Of a stretch of 64,000 bases of DNA, positions 29,313 to 44,410 are shown in pieces. The notes beneath the pieces were generated by a model. The model was not told where the DNA came from and searched no databases. It worked only from the letters and a program-made list of their open reading frames with translations. The stretch spans positions 376,464,001-376,528,000 of the forward strand of contig OZ024740.1 in the NCBI GenBank assembly GCA_964016885.1, written 5' to 3'. The position numbers and the translations under genes were made by a program. Every line of letters begins with the position of its first letter. Position 1 is the stretch's first letter. Source of the stretch: Eledone cirrhosa (lineage: Eukaryota).

Positions 29313-29559
29313 GCACGTCCTGAAAATAGAAATTATATTTACTCAAGTCAACAATATAGACATATAAAACGCAGACGATTTCATGTCTTCATATATATGA
29401 TTACCATTCATGCATTTAACATTTTGTTAAAATTATGCATATCTGCAATCCAAACTGCGTGGTTATGCAACATAACTCTTACCCACACATATACATACAC
29501 ACACACACATATACATATACACCTATATATGTATAAATAAATATCTGCGTGCGTCAACA

Positions 29560-31575
29560 AACTACTAATGGATTTTGAAAATGATATCGTATCTATCATC
29601 CAAGGCATCAAATTAAAAAAAACTTCAAAGGCTAGGATTACCTAAGGAGTATTAAGGATAATATTGAAAACTTGGAAAAAACAGAGAAAATTCTAGTGAA
29701 GTCGGACAAAACTAATAATCTTTATGGAATACAAAAGGACATGTATAACAACCTTATATTGAAAGAACTAAGGAAAAAGTACAAGGTAGCAAATAAGGAC
29801 GAACTTAAAAAACTGAATAGAGATGCATCTTGTATAATGCATGAATTAGACATTGAGAATAAAACACAACCCTTCATGCCTAGGAAACCTAAGATCAATA
29901 TGAAGGATCACAAAACAAACTTTGAAAATGATTTACCAGTCAGATTAATTGCACCATCTAAATCTGACCTGGGCAAACTTAGCAAAAATATTCTAGACAG
30001 GGTAATACAACAAATTAAAAACGTACCCAATTTATCTTACTTAAAATTATGGAAAGGGACTAGTGAGGTTATCGATTGGTTTAAAGAAATTAAATATAAC
30101 TATAATAATAAGTTTATTTAGCTGGATATTGCTAACTACTATTCATCTAATCTACTGAATAAGGCACTAAATTACGCATTTAAACATACAGACCTAACTA
30201 GCAATGAAATGCACATTATATTATCGACAAGGAAAACATTGATAGAATTTAATAACCAACTCTGGACTAGGGCAGATAGAAATAATAATTTCGACATAAC
30301 TATGGGATCATCAGACTCAGCTCAGGTAACGGACCTTGTGGGCCTATTTATAATTAATTCGCTACATAGAAAAATACCAGGTGTAACCGGAGGCTTATAT
30401 CGTGATGACATGCTTTTACTTATACAAAATAATAGCTGTGAACTAAATAGGAAAAGAAAACAAATTATACAATTTTTTTAATTACCTTAATCTAAAAGTA
30501 GAAATAGAGAATAACCATAAAATAGTCAATTTTCTTGACGTAACACTAAATCTCAACACATGTCTTCATTACCCATTTCACAAACTAAATGAGAACTTGA
30601 ATCATGTTAATTTTAACTCTAATCACCGCAGATCTGCTAAAAATACTATAGTGAACTCTGTTCAAGAAAGAATTTCAAGAATTTCATGTAATAAAAATAT
30701 ATTTGATGAAAAAGCGCAGTATTACAACGAAGCGTTAGGTAGAGCTGGATATAGAAATGAAATTAAATACATTGATAATAATAATAATAAGCAAACTAAC
30801 CAAAATAATAACAATTTTAATTATGGTAACAACTTTAGCAACTATAATAGAAAACATTACAATAATTCCAAAAGCCGAAAAAGAAATAGAACTAGAAACA
30901 TATTATGGTTTGCTCCCACTTTCTCACTAAATATTAAAACCCCTATTGCTAAGCTATTCTTTAAAGCTCTTGACAAACGCTTCCCTAGAACACATAAATA
31001 TTACTCAATTTTTAATAGACACACTATAAAATTAACTTACTCGTCCACCAAAAATTTAGCACAAAATATTAATAGAATTAATAATAGAAATTTAAAACCT
31101 AACCTAAATACCAATAATAACCCAAGCAATATTCAATTGAATAACTGTAACTGTAGAAATAAATCTAACTGTCCGTTAAATAACAACTGCTTAGCTAAAA
31201 ATGTAGTGTACAATTGTAATGTTAAAACTAATTTAAATTCATTTAGCTATGTTGGTTCTACCTCTACTGAATTTAAATTTCGCTTCAATAATCATAAAAA
31301 TTCTTTCACAGATCCAAACAAAAAATCTTTAACTTTGCTATCTAGCCTACTATGGGACCTAAAACGAAATAATGTTAAATATTTGATGACTTGGAATATT
31401 ATTTCATAAGCTACTCCGTTTAATTCCTCCTCAGAAAATTGTGATCTTTGTATTGAAGAAATATTCTTTATATTAAAGTCCAAAAATTCCCTTAATTTAA
31501 GGAACAATTTATTCAGTTGCTGCAGACATAGATTGAACTCAATGTTTAAATATAAATACAAATTTAAAATGTAGT
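29560..31575 (+). pseudogene. PLE RT + GIY-YIG with stops and frameshifts
   Basis: KSDKTNN, KDHKTNF, VRLIAPSKS, FDITMGSSDSAQ, LYRDD, NFLDVTL, CNCRNKSNCPLNNNCL, YVGSTSTEFKFRFNNH. Confidence 0.9.
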
Positions 31576-31804
31576 ATAATTAATTAAGTAATTTAGTTAA
31601 TATATAAAACCTGTCGATAAATCATTAGATTCCTTCACCTTTTTCTTTTTAAACTTTCTTCCTAAATATAAACTGATATAATAAACTACTTTAAAATGTC
31701 TATACTTACAATATCTTAAATAAAATATACGTAGGATAAATTTCTATACTAAATATAAGGATATCTGTAGAATCCTTGGGTTTTTTAAATCTTTTAAATT
31801 CTCG

Positions 31805-31992
31805 AATTTTAAATTTTTTTTTAATTTTTTTTGAAATTTTTTGAAATTTTTTAATTTTTTAATTTTTTAATTTTTTAATTTTTTAATTTTTTAATTTTTT
31901 AATTTTTTAACTTTTTAATTTTTAATTTTTTAATTTTTTAATTTTTTAATTTTTTAATTTTTTAATTTTTTAATTTTTTAATTTTTTAATTA
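31805..31992. repeat. (TTTTTTAA)n array in the family E 3' UTR
   Basis: Directly visible 8-mer array of about 20 units. Confidence 0.9.
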
Positions 31993-32777
31993 TATTGATA
32001 TAATATTTATTTAACTTTTATTTTATTTTTATTTTTATTTATTTTTATTTTTATTAGTTTTGCTTTGATTCTGATAGCTTCTCATAATTCTCATAAGTCT
32101 ACCCTTTCAATATCTTGATTGAAATATAAGTAGGATAATTTTCTATACTAAATATATGAAACATTATTTTAACTTAAGATACTCTATAGTGTTTTAAAGA
32201 TATTTAATGCTTTGACATTTCTAGAATTCGTTTGTCCTTTTGACTATATTGATATAGTTGTATTTCCAAAATATAATCCTTTGGTATTTTAAATTTATAT
32301 TGGTATAATTATATTTCCAAATTATAATCCTTAGTAATATATTGATATTTGATTATCTCTATACAAATGTCTATGTGTGTATTAACATGCATATAAAAGT
32401 GTTATAGGTTTGTTTATGATTGTATATATGTCTGTATGTATACATGAGTGATGCGTGAAGACGCACGCAGATATTTATTTATACATATATAGGTGTATAT
32501 GTATATGTGTGTGTGTGTGTATATGTGTGGGTAAGAGTTATGTTGCATAACCACGCAGTTTGGATTGCAGATATGCATAATTTTAACAAAATGTTAAATG
32601 CATGAATGGTAATCATATATATGAAGACATGAATGTTAATCGTATATATTTATGTATATATACTGTGAACTTTTTCTAACACAAGGAATGTATAGCAGTG
32701 ATTAAGAGAAATCGTCTGCGTTTTATATGTCTATATTGTTGACTTGAGTAAATATAATTTCTATTTTCAGGACGTGC

Positions 32778-32835
<58 letters not shown>

Positions 32836-33433
32836 GTATCTTTGCCTGAGATACTGACTTCTCTAGCAATGTGTACATTTTGGAGATTAAACCCAAATTT
32901 TGGTATATTGATCTCAAGGTTTAAACTAAACATTTAGTAATTATTAAACAATGTTTAATTTCTCATATTATATATTTATGTCCCATTCATGAATATTAAT
33001 ATTTATATTTTTATTATTCATTTCATATGAATTGTTAACTCAACTTCATATGACATGACGTAAAGTTTTCATAATCTCCCTCTCTCTCTATATAATATTT
33101 CTCTCTCTTGAGTTTTTCTATCTGTCTGTTGACTTAATATCTCTCTGTTGCTTTCCTCTGTTTTTCTTATTTCTTCCTTTTTTTCTTCTTACTTTCCTCC
33201 TGTCTTTACTTATCTCTTTCTTTTTTCTCCATGCATCTCTCTCTCTCCGATATTTCTCCACGTTTTTTTCTTTCTCTCCGTCTTTTTCTTTCTCTCCGTC
33301 TTTTTCTAATTGTCCTTAACACTATGACTTATTAAAGTAATATAAATAAATCACTATCCGGATGGCTTCAAAAACAATGGTTGCATTTTAATAGGGCACG
33401 TCAAAGCTTATTTGTAAAACTGTTACATATTGT

Positions 33434-33496
33434 ATTTTGTCTGATGAAGGCATACCATAATTTAATTTGGTATCCCTGAAATATGTATAATGAAAT
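33434..33496 (+). ncRNA. Canonical type I hammerhead in the outer pLTR
   Basis: ATTTTGT-CTGATGA-AGG-CATACCA...TGGTAT-CCCT-GAAA-TATGTA-TA-ATGAAAT; mirror at about 25996-26060. Confidence 0.8.
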
Positions 33497-33536
33497 AGAT
33501 ATGGTTTTGTAAATATAGTTTCCATTTATTAATATC

Positions 33537-33629
<93 letters not shown>

Positions 33630-33669
33630 CGATATTAATAAATGGAAACTATATTTACAAAACCATATC

Positions 33670-33714
<45 letters not shown>

Positions 33715-33716
33715 AC

Positions 33717-33767
<51 letters not shown>

Positions 33768-33868
33768 AATATACGGATATATATATATATATATCAATTG
33801 AAACAAAATGAAAACGAAATTTCATTTCTCACTCTTAGTATGGCACTTACTTAATGCATATGTATGTA

Positions 33869-33901
<33 letters not shown>

Positions 33902-34271
33902 GTGCCTGCTACTGTACGTCTGTATACATATATGTATGTACGTATACATGCATACTTACATTTAAGTAAGTGCCATACTAAGAGTGAGAAATGAAATATA
34001 TGTATGTATATATGTATATATATATATATATGTGCGTGCTACTGTACGTCTGTATACATATATGTATGTACGTATACATGCATACTTACATTTAAGTAAG
34101 TGCCATACTAAGAGTGAGAAATGAAATTTCGTTTTCATTTTGTTTCAATTTATCGTTTTCGGTATGCCTGACCGATTTAACTCACTCAATATGCAAATTA
34201 GGCTGCTCAGCCGTTAATTTTCATAAGGAAAGTATATACTTTCGAACGTTCAACTATCTGGCAGATGGGTA

Positions 34272-34316
34272 AACGGTGCTGATGATAGCTAACAAGCTTG
34301 AAACTAGTACATCGTT
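34272..34316 (+). ncRNA. Minimal type I hammerhead, unit 1
   Basis: AACGGTG-CTGATGA-T-AGCT-AACA-AGCT-T-GAAAC-TA-GTA-CATCGTT. Confidence 0.85.
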
Positions 34317-34743
34317 CCTGTGTCAGTGTTGAACAAAAAGGTGACGTGGTTGCCTTAACACCGTATGGCATAAATTCAGGCTGTTCAGTTTGTTTACAAA
34401 CGAACAAAGCGACGTTATAATAAGCGCCGCTAAACTGATACGTGCATATATGTATGTGTACCTGTATGCATATGTATGTATATATGTATATATATATATA
34501 TATGTGCGTGCTACTGTACGTCTGTATACATATATGTATGTACGTATATATGCATACTTACATTTAAGTAAGTGCCATACTAAGAGTGAGAAATGAAATT
34601 TCGTTTTCATTTTGTTTCAATTTATCGTTTTCGGTATGCCTGACCGATTTAACTCACTCAATATGCAAATTAGGCTGCTCAGCCGTTAATTTTCATAAGG
34701 AAAGTATATACTTTCGAACGTTCAACTATGTGGCAGATGGGTA

Positions 34744-34788
34744 AACGGTGCTGATGATAGCTAACAAGCTTGAAACTAGTACATCGTT
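34744..34788 (+). ncRNA. Minimal type I hammerhead, unit 2
   Basis: Identical motif 472 nt downstream. Confidence 0.85.
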
Positions 34789-35034
34789 CCTGTGTCAGTG
34801 TTGAACAAAAAGGTGACGTGGTTGCCTTAACACCGTATGGCATAAATTCAGGCTGTTCAGTTTGTTTACAAACGAACAAAGCGACGTTATAATAAGCGCC
34901 GCTAAACTGATATGTGCATATATGTATGTGTACCTGTATGCATATGTATGTATATATGTATATATATATACATATATATGTGCGTGCTACTGTACGTCTG
35001 TATACATATATGTATGTACGTATACATGCATACT

Positions 35035-35112
<78 letters not shown>

Positions 35113-35137
35113 GATATATATAGATATATAGATATAT

Positions 35138-35650
<513 letters not shown>

Positions 35651-35679
35651 TATATAAGTCTATATATGTATATATATAT

Positions 35680-35730
<51 letters not shown>

Positions 35731-36534
35731 CATATATATATATATATACATATATATGTATATATATATATGTATGTATATATATATGTATATATATGTA
35801 TATATAATATTAGGAATAACCAAAGAGTGCTTTGAAATACATTGTTTTATTAGCTAACAGTGTTTCATCCATACCCTATGGCAGTAACCATCAGAACCTA
35901 TAAACAAGAGTATATCAATAGTTGCTTGCTCCATCAAGCTGCATTACCAGAACAAGGTTAAAGGACCAGCAGGGGGGTCCGAGGCCAGCGCTATGTAGAA
36001 ATAGAAACAATACATGACGCACATAATGTCATAAAATGTCATAAAAAACTACATCAAAAATGACATCAAAAATGTATCACATAAATGGCGCAATAGATTA
36101 TAAGGAGGTTGAGAGAGGGTAGCAAGGAATGAGTGAACGTGTTACTCAGCATGATCAAAAACAATAGAGAAATAATAAAATAATAAAGAAACAAAAAAAA
36201 GCAAAGCATAGATACATCAAAGTACAAGCAGTGCAAATACAGGATGTACAGGCAGATTAAGAGAGCTTGCAAGCATGAGTCTGTGAGAAGAATAGTTGGT
36301 TAGCCGTGGTGCAGCTTTACATATATGATTGTCTATAGGAAGTATGGTGCACTCCAGTTATATCGCCTTGTAACAGGTCGATTCTCCGTATCATATCACC
36401 ACCCTACGAACCACATCCATTGGTACCAGTTCCGAGCGTTAGGCGAGATAACACTGTTTCCAAAACATATACCCAGGAGATTTATCCGCATAGGCTGTCT
36501 GCAATAAACACCTAAACGAAACTATATGTATATA

Positions 36535-36624
<90 letters not shown>

Positions 36625-36627
36625 TAT

Positions 36628-37925
<1,298 letters not shown>

Positions 37926-37994
37926 GTATATTATATCATCCAGCCGCTAAGTAACATTATTTATTCTGAAGATATCGTCCTGAACCCTATCTCA

Positions 37995-39371
37995 CCGGTT
38001 GATCCTCGCGTATAGGTCGGCCCGGCAGATAGGTCGCATACCCACTTTTCATTTAACAAATAGGCTATTTATATTTGACTCGCAGATTGGTCGCACTGAA
38101 ATTTAGTCCGTCAAACTACTATTTTTTATGATAATTGAAACTAATAATCTGTTAGTTTTCCATTACTTCGCCTTTGCGATATATACTCCAAACCATGTTT
38201 TATTCATAAAATAAATATTAACGTCATCGAAATTTCGTTAATTCGAGATTACTGCGAGGTAAAGCCTTTAAGCGCGAAAATTAACTCTTAATATAGTGAA
38301 ACAACTTGAAACAACATGTGTTTTTTAACGTTGAAAGTATAACAGATTTTTAGCGTATCAACATGGCTTCCCAAAGTAGCGAATACCGACTTTGAAGATT
38401 TTACATGCGACGACATTCGAAATGAAAAAGAAACACAAGATAATTGTTTCTACTTTTGGCACAAGGCCAGCAATTACCCAGTGTATTACTGGTACTTTAT
38501 TTTATCGACCCCATAAGGATGAAAGGCAAAGTTAACCTCGGCGGGATTTGAACTCAGAATGGCAAGGGCCGTAACTCTATGCGTCAAAGCATGGCGTCCG
38601 ACCCTCTACCGATACTGCCAATCCACTGACAAGATAATATTAGTGATTTATCTTCAAATGAATCAGACGTATTTATTTCTGACGATGATAGTTACTTTGA
38701 AAGTGAAAGCGAAGATCTGACGGACACCATTGAAAATATTACAGCAACGTGTTAATGAACTTATGTATTGGAACATTCTGTTACGTAAATTTACACCGTA
38801 CATTGTGTAACAGTACATTGCAAATATTATTTTGACGGGTGAAAAGGTTTTATACATTTTTTTCAATGAAAATATTTGCCTGGATTGTATAGAAAGAATA
38901 AAACCTTGTAGTGATTATATCTCACTTGCTAATTTTTGTACTGATTATTTCTCACTTGCTAATTTTGAAAAGAAACGCCACGTGCAATAATCTGTTTCCT
39001 GTTAAAGTAAATACGTCACAATACGTGTTCATAGCAACGCTAAGACAATGAAATCACATTTTAAATACCGGGTATGCATTTCGATGGATTTTAATGACGG
39101 ATGGTTCCGTCAGATAAAAAAAACCTAAACACTACGAAGTTTTAGTAAAAATTTTAAAATCAAGAAATATATGTATAAGAAGGTAGATATATGAAATTAT
39201 TATGTTAAATAATAAAAAAAATATTAACAAAGTTATTTTTATAAATACCCATCGTTGATTAAGTCTATGAAAAATCATTGGTCAGTCTGATGTCGATCGG
39301 ATAGGTCGCACCCAAATAATTTATACTTATTTATCGTTAAAAAAGTGCGACATATACGCGAGTATATACGG
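37995..39371. mobile_element. Non-autonomous pogo/Tc1-like DNA element
   Basis: Imperfect TIRs CCGGTTGATCCTCGCGTATAGGTCG / CGACATATACGCGAGTATATACGG-TA; subterminal GATAGGTCGCA repeats. Confidence 0.6.
38445..38628 (-). mobile_element. tRNA-derived SINE with 10-bp target site duplication
   Basis: A-box-like TGGCAGTATCGG and B-box GAGTTCAAATCCC on minus; TSD ACAAGATAAT at 38435-38444 and 38629-38638; resembles the abundant octopus SINE (from memory). Confidence 0.82.
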
Positions 39372-40425
39372 TAATGAAAAACCTAATTCAAAACATTGGG
39401 ATTAAATAATTCATACTTCAGCATAAGAATTTTACAACAAATATAAATCACCATAGATAGAATTAAAAGTGACATGTTAATTCCAACGATTTATACGAAA
39501 ATATATATCTTGGGCTCAATTAGTCGGCAAAAATTCAATTATAGTTGTTACGTTTGATTAGAAGTTGGAATCGTAAAACCAAAAGCCATTTCCTAATTAT
39601 CCTTTCATCTTCACTCTAGTAACTTTATAAAAATTTCATACAAATTGACAATGTTATATCTGTTAAAGTAATTATACTTTGAAGGGTAAATTTTTTACTG
39701 AAACAAATCACTATGCTAATATCTATTTATTAATTATAAAAAAGAATTATGCGATATATAATATGAAGAAATATAAAACATTAGATTGAATGTCATAGTA
39801 AACCTTTTTGAGAATTTAAGCTCACATTGGGTGTTCTCACATTATATTCTCAAAGATGCCTTCGAGTGCCGATTAATCTTGTGGGCAACAGATTATCGTT
39901 TTCTTTTTATATTTGTATTTAGTTGAGAAAGAGAATAAAATTCTTAAAATTCTTTATGAAACCAGTGATGAAATTATCAGCGACTCAATTCTAGTTTCGT
40001 ATTTCATGTCTATTTCTTCTGCTACTCCTGCCACTAACCAATCGTTTTCAATATTTTGCAATTCAACTCTATAGCCTTCAGAATGTTGCTACCTAATTGA
40101 GATTCTTTGCAAATCACTTTGTAAAAATTTCAATATAATCTACAGCAAGGTTTCGAAATTTAAATTATCTAATCTTTTCATCACGTCACATTTGATACAT
40201 TGTTTTAATGCTCTGGGAGTATGTTTCGTATGGATTTGTATAAGGAAATATTTAGTGATACATACGACACCTAATTTTTTAATTTGATTTCAAAAGTATT
40301 TATGATATCACAGAACACCAAAATCAGGGATTGACTCCGAGTAGTGCTGTTACTTCTCTGAGTATGGAGTTCACAGCTCCGGTACGGTGAACATGTCAGA
40401 ATTTCTAAGGAAAAATTCGCTGCAC

Positions 40426-40510
40426 AGAAGAAGAAGAAGAAGAAGAAGAAGAAGAAGAAGAAGAAGAAGAAGAAGAAGAAGAAGAAGAAGAAGAAGAAGA
40501 AGAAGAAGAA
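40426..40510. repeat. (GAA)n microsatellite
   Basis: Directly visible. Confidence 0.97.
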
Positions 40511-40967
40511 AATAATGTATTTTGGTAAATGCTTATAGAGGTTGAACATCCTAATAGAAAAATTATTATCGATGCAAAGTTAAACAGGGAGGGAGAGAGA
40601 GAAAGATGCAGGGGATAGAAAACATAACAAAGATAAAGGTAAATGGAGATACATTTCAGTTACGCCACGAGGAAAAGATGGCAAAAGCAATGCTGCATGC
40701 AGCATCCAGCGTTACCCTCTGCGTCAGGTATATATATATATATGTGTGTGTGTATAAATGCATGTATGTATGAGAGATGACCCCTTACCCTTTGTCAAGG
40801 CCGAATTCTAGGAGAAGGAAAACACTGATATATTGCCTGCAATCCTGATGGTATCCAATGATGTTGACTTGTTCTTCTTTTTGGTAAATATCATCTTGGT
40901 TAAGAGAGTGGGACTGGCTTTTTGCAGTGCCTTTATATATATGTACATGCATATATATATGTATATA

Positions 40968-41054
<87 letters not shown>

Positions 41055-41062
<8 letters not shown>

Positions 41063-43156
41063 ATACTTTGGGAGGGTCATGTTGCCAATAAGAAACACAC
41101 GCACCAGTTGCCTTCACTTCAATTTATTATATATTTATAAATTTATAAATCTACAAATCTACAAATCTATAAATTTCTGTTTCGTTGGTTGGTTCCACAA
41201 CCAGATAGTTGTTTATATATAGTCATAGTCCTTTCGTCACACACTCTGTGACCTCTTCAGTGACTGGGGATTCCTTTCTTTGTTTCTGTGCCTTTCCTTT
41301 CTTCTGTCCTACGCCATTTTGTTTCTGTGTGTGTGTTGTGTGCTCAGTTTGCGCATGCGCCACATCCGGGTGTCTGTGTGTGTTTGTGTTCATTTATCTA
41401 TTTGTTTATTTATTTACATGTTGTTGGTTGGTTGTTTGTTCTATGTGTGTGTGTGTTTTCATTTTGTCCTTAATTGTAAGTTGTGATGTTGCTGTTCCAC
41501 TCATATTTTCTATTTAATTTTGGTTGTAATTCTTTTATGTTTACTGCCTCTGTAATTCTTTTATGTTTACTGCCTTTGTCTAAACATTGCATTTTTTCTG
41601 TGTGTAGATTCTATTTTTATTTCTATGTTCTCTAATTTACCCTTGTGTTCTATCTTAGCATGTTGGTAGAGTACAGATGATTCTTTATTATCTTGAAGGT
41701 CTCGCCAGTGTTCATTTATCCGTTCCCCTATACTACGAGATGTCTCGCCTATATACACTATATTTTTGTTTCTACATTGTCCTTCGGTACATCTTATTCT
41801 ATACACTACATTTCTAGTTTTACAGTTAATATGGGGGCTTATTTTACAGGTTATACATTTCGGATTGCGGATTTGGTACGGGTGATGAGAAATGTGTCCC
41901 GCATGTGCAACCCCGAAGAACTAGAGAGACACATACAACACTTCATCCACCGTATGCAGTTCTCTGGCTACGATCAGGGAGATAGAATCAGAGTGTATAG
42001 AGGAGCCAGAACCAAATGGGAAAAAATGGTAAATAATGACATAAATGGGACCTGCCCCTGTATAGGAGCAAATTTTGAAATAGAATAGAAAGAACTAGGA
42101 ACAAGGCCAATAGAATAAACTCATGGTGTGATAGCAATAAATACCAGAGTGTAATGTTCAACAATACAACCCCTAGAGGCGAACTAGCCCACAAATTTAG
42201 AAGGGCCCTAAATAAACATAAACTCAATATTAAGATAGTAGAAAGACCAGGTACCTCCGTAAAAACACTTATTAGCAAGACATACCCGTTCCAAAGACCC
42301 TCATGTATAGATAAGAAATGTATAACCTGTAAAATAAGCCCCCATATTAACTGTAAAACTAGAAATGTAGTGTATAGCATAAGATGTACTGAAGGACAAT
42401 GTAGAAACAAAAATATAGTGTACATAGGTGAGACAGCTCGTAGTATAGGGGAACGGATAAATGAACACTGGCGAGACCTTCAAGATAATAAAGAATCATC
42501 TGTACTCTACCAACATGCTAAGATAGAACACAAGGGTAAATTAGAGAACATAGAAATAAAAATAGAATCTACACACAGAAAAAATGCAATGTTTAGACAA
42601 ATTACAGAGGCAGTCAACATAAAGGAATTACAACCAAAATTAAATAGAAAATATGAGTGGAACAGCAACATCACAACTTACAATTAAGGACAAAATGAAA
42701 ACACACACACACATAGAACAAACAACCAACCAACAACATGTAAATAAATAAACAAATAGATAAATGAACACAAACACACACAGACACCCGGATGTGGCGC
42801 ATGCGCAAACTGAGCACACAACACACACACAGAAACAAAATGGCGTAGGACAGAAGAAAGGAAAGGCACAGAAACAAAGAAAGGAATCCCCAGTCACTGA
42901 AGAGGTCACAGAGTGTGTGACGAAAGGACTATGACTATATATAAACAACTATCTGGTTGTGGAACCAACCAACCAACCAGAAATTTATAGATTTGTAGAT
43001 TTGTAGATTTATAAATTTATAAATATATAATAAATTGAAGTGAAAGCAACTGGTGCGTGTGTTTCTTATTGGCAACATGACCCTCCCAAAGTATAACAAT
43101 ATCGGTTTCAACACACGATTTCAGATAAAGAATCTTGATAAACACATTCAGAAACG

Positions 43157-43158
<2 letters not shown>
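41055..43158 (+). mobile_element. PLE family A, copy 2 (5' truncated) with inverted arm 41055-41860
   Basis: Homologous to 7460-8750; same fold-back geometry; hammerhead AGTCA-CTGAAGA-G-GTCACA..TGTGAC-GAAAG-GA-CTA-TGACT at 42892-42936. Confidence 0.93.
42154..42687 (+). CDS. PLE linker + GIY-YIG endonuclease fragment
   Basis: CIDKKCITC, NVVYSIRC, YIGETARSIGERINEH, RQITEAVNI, LNRKYEW. Confidence 0.9.
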   Translation: MFNNTTPRGELAHKFRRALNKHKLNIKIVERPGTSVKTLISKTYPFQRPSCIDKKCITCKISPHINCKTRNVVYSIRCTEGQCRNKNIVYIGETARSIGERINEHWRDLQDNKESSVLYQHAKIEHKGKLENIEIKIESTHRKNAMFRQITEAVNIKELQPKLNRKYEWNSNITTYN

Positions 43159-43206
<48 letters not shown>

Positions 43207-43287
43207 GCAATGCATATATATATATATATAGTTTCTGAAATCCCGTTAAGGGTGACAGCAGCGATTCTTTGCTTAAACTTTAAACCG

Positions 43288-43323
<36 letters not shown>

Positions 43324-43460
43324 TGCAAGACAAACCACAACAGGAACACAAACGCTCCATCGCAATTTTAGTTTTGAAAAGTATAAGAACTGTGAAACTG
43401 GTAAAGTAAATGAATATTCTTAAAGGCTCCATTTGCATTTTCAATTTCTCCTCATTTTTT

Positions 43461-43524
<64 letters not shown>

Positions 43525-43574
43525 GCGTATTTATTTATTTATATACGTTTATTTAATTATATGTATACACGCAT

Positions 43575-43614
<40 letters not shown>

Positions 43615-43624
43615 CTATCTATCT

Positions 43625-44410
43625 ATCGAAGGCGGGTAAAATTCCCGAGATCCATGGACGAGTTCTCTCCAGCAGTCTCTGTCCTTCATTATCGCTGCCA
43701 TGTCCTGCGTCTCCAACAGACTTAGGGCATCAACATACGTTAACCTTGGTGTTCCTCTTCTAGTGTGTCCATGTAGGGGCTCCCAAAGGAGCACTGAGTG
43801 CAATGTCAACTCTGGATGTCGGTGAGCATGTCCAGCTAACCTCAGTCTCCTCTGTGTCACTTTTGAGCTAACTTTTGGAATGCTCCCATACAGCTCTGAG
43901 TTTTTCATCCTCAGTGTATATTGATTAATGTTCAGAGCCATCCTCAGCATTCTCGTGTAGCACCCATCCACCATCTGAGTGACTTTCTTGGTCAGTGTCC
44001 AAGTCTCAGACCCATACAGCAGCACAGACTCCACTACAGCAATGAAGTGCTCCAGGGAGATACATTTGCTCCCTACCTTTTTATCATCGTAGTGGACTAT
44101 TGTATGCGCCTTGCACTGGAGAAACACCAGGACTCTGGCTTTACTGTAGCACCGGCTCAGAGCAGGAGAGTTAGGGCGAAAAAGGTATCGGATGCTGAAT
44201 TTGCCGACGACATAGTTTTGGTGACATCTCTCTCTAAGGCGGGTAAAATTCCCGAGATCCATGGACGAGTTCTCTCCAGCGGTCTCTGTCCCTCATTATC
44301 GCTGCCATGTCCTGCGTCTCCAACAGACCAGTGTCTGTCCTTAGGGCATCAACATACGTTAACCTTGGTTTTCCTCTTCTAGTAGGGGCTCCCAAAGGAG
44401 TACTGAGTGC
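43625..44410 (-). pseudogene. RTE-clade LINE 3' fragments with an inverted RT segment
   Basis: Minus: VESVLLYGSETWTLT, RRLRLAGH, RRGTPRLTYVD. Plus 44040-44232: VLQGDTFAPYLF, FADDIVL. A second 3' copy lies at 44236-44410. Confidence 0.85.

Larger units (their letters stand above)
29309..32781 (+). mobile_element. Penelope-like element family E with inverted 3' arm (29309-29553)
   Basis: Left arm mirrors about 32463-32781; (TA)n flanks. Confidence 0.9.
25863..33540. repeat. Outer inverted pLTR pair (25863-26643 / 32830-33540) enclosing two nested PLEs
   Basis: About 700-bp arms are reverse complements; each carries a hammerhead. Confidence 0.88.
33795..35036 (+). mobile_element. Tandem 472-nt hammerhead-containing non-coding repeat (retrozyme-like)
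   Basis: Two full units plus partial copies; CTGATGA at 34279 and 34751 (spacing 472); short inverted arm at 33795-33855. Confidence 0.85.

Noticed and set aside
33860-35036. CRISPR-like array
   Set aside because: Whole 472-nt units repeat with no unique spacers; the context is eukaryotic with no cas genes.
35805-36522. Functional hammerhead on minus near 35848-35897
   Set aside because: The core reads CTGATGG with weak stems; at most a decayed pLTR remnant.
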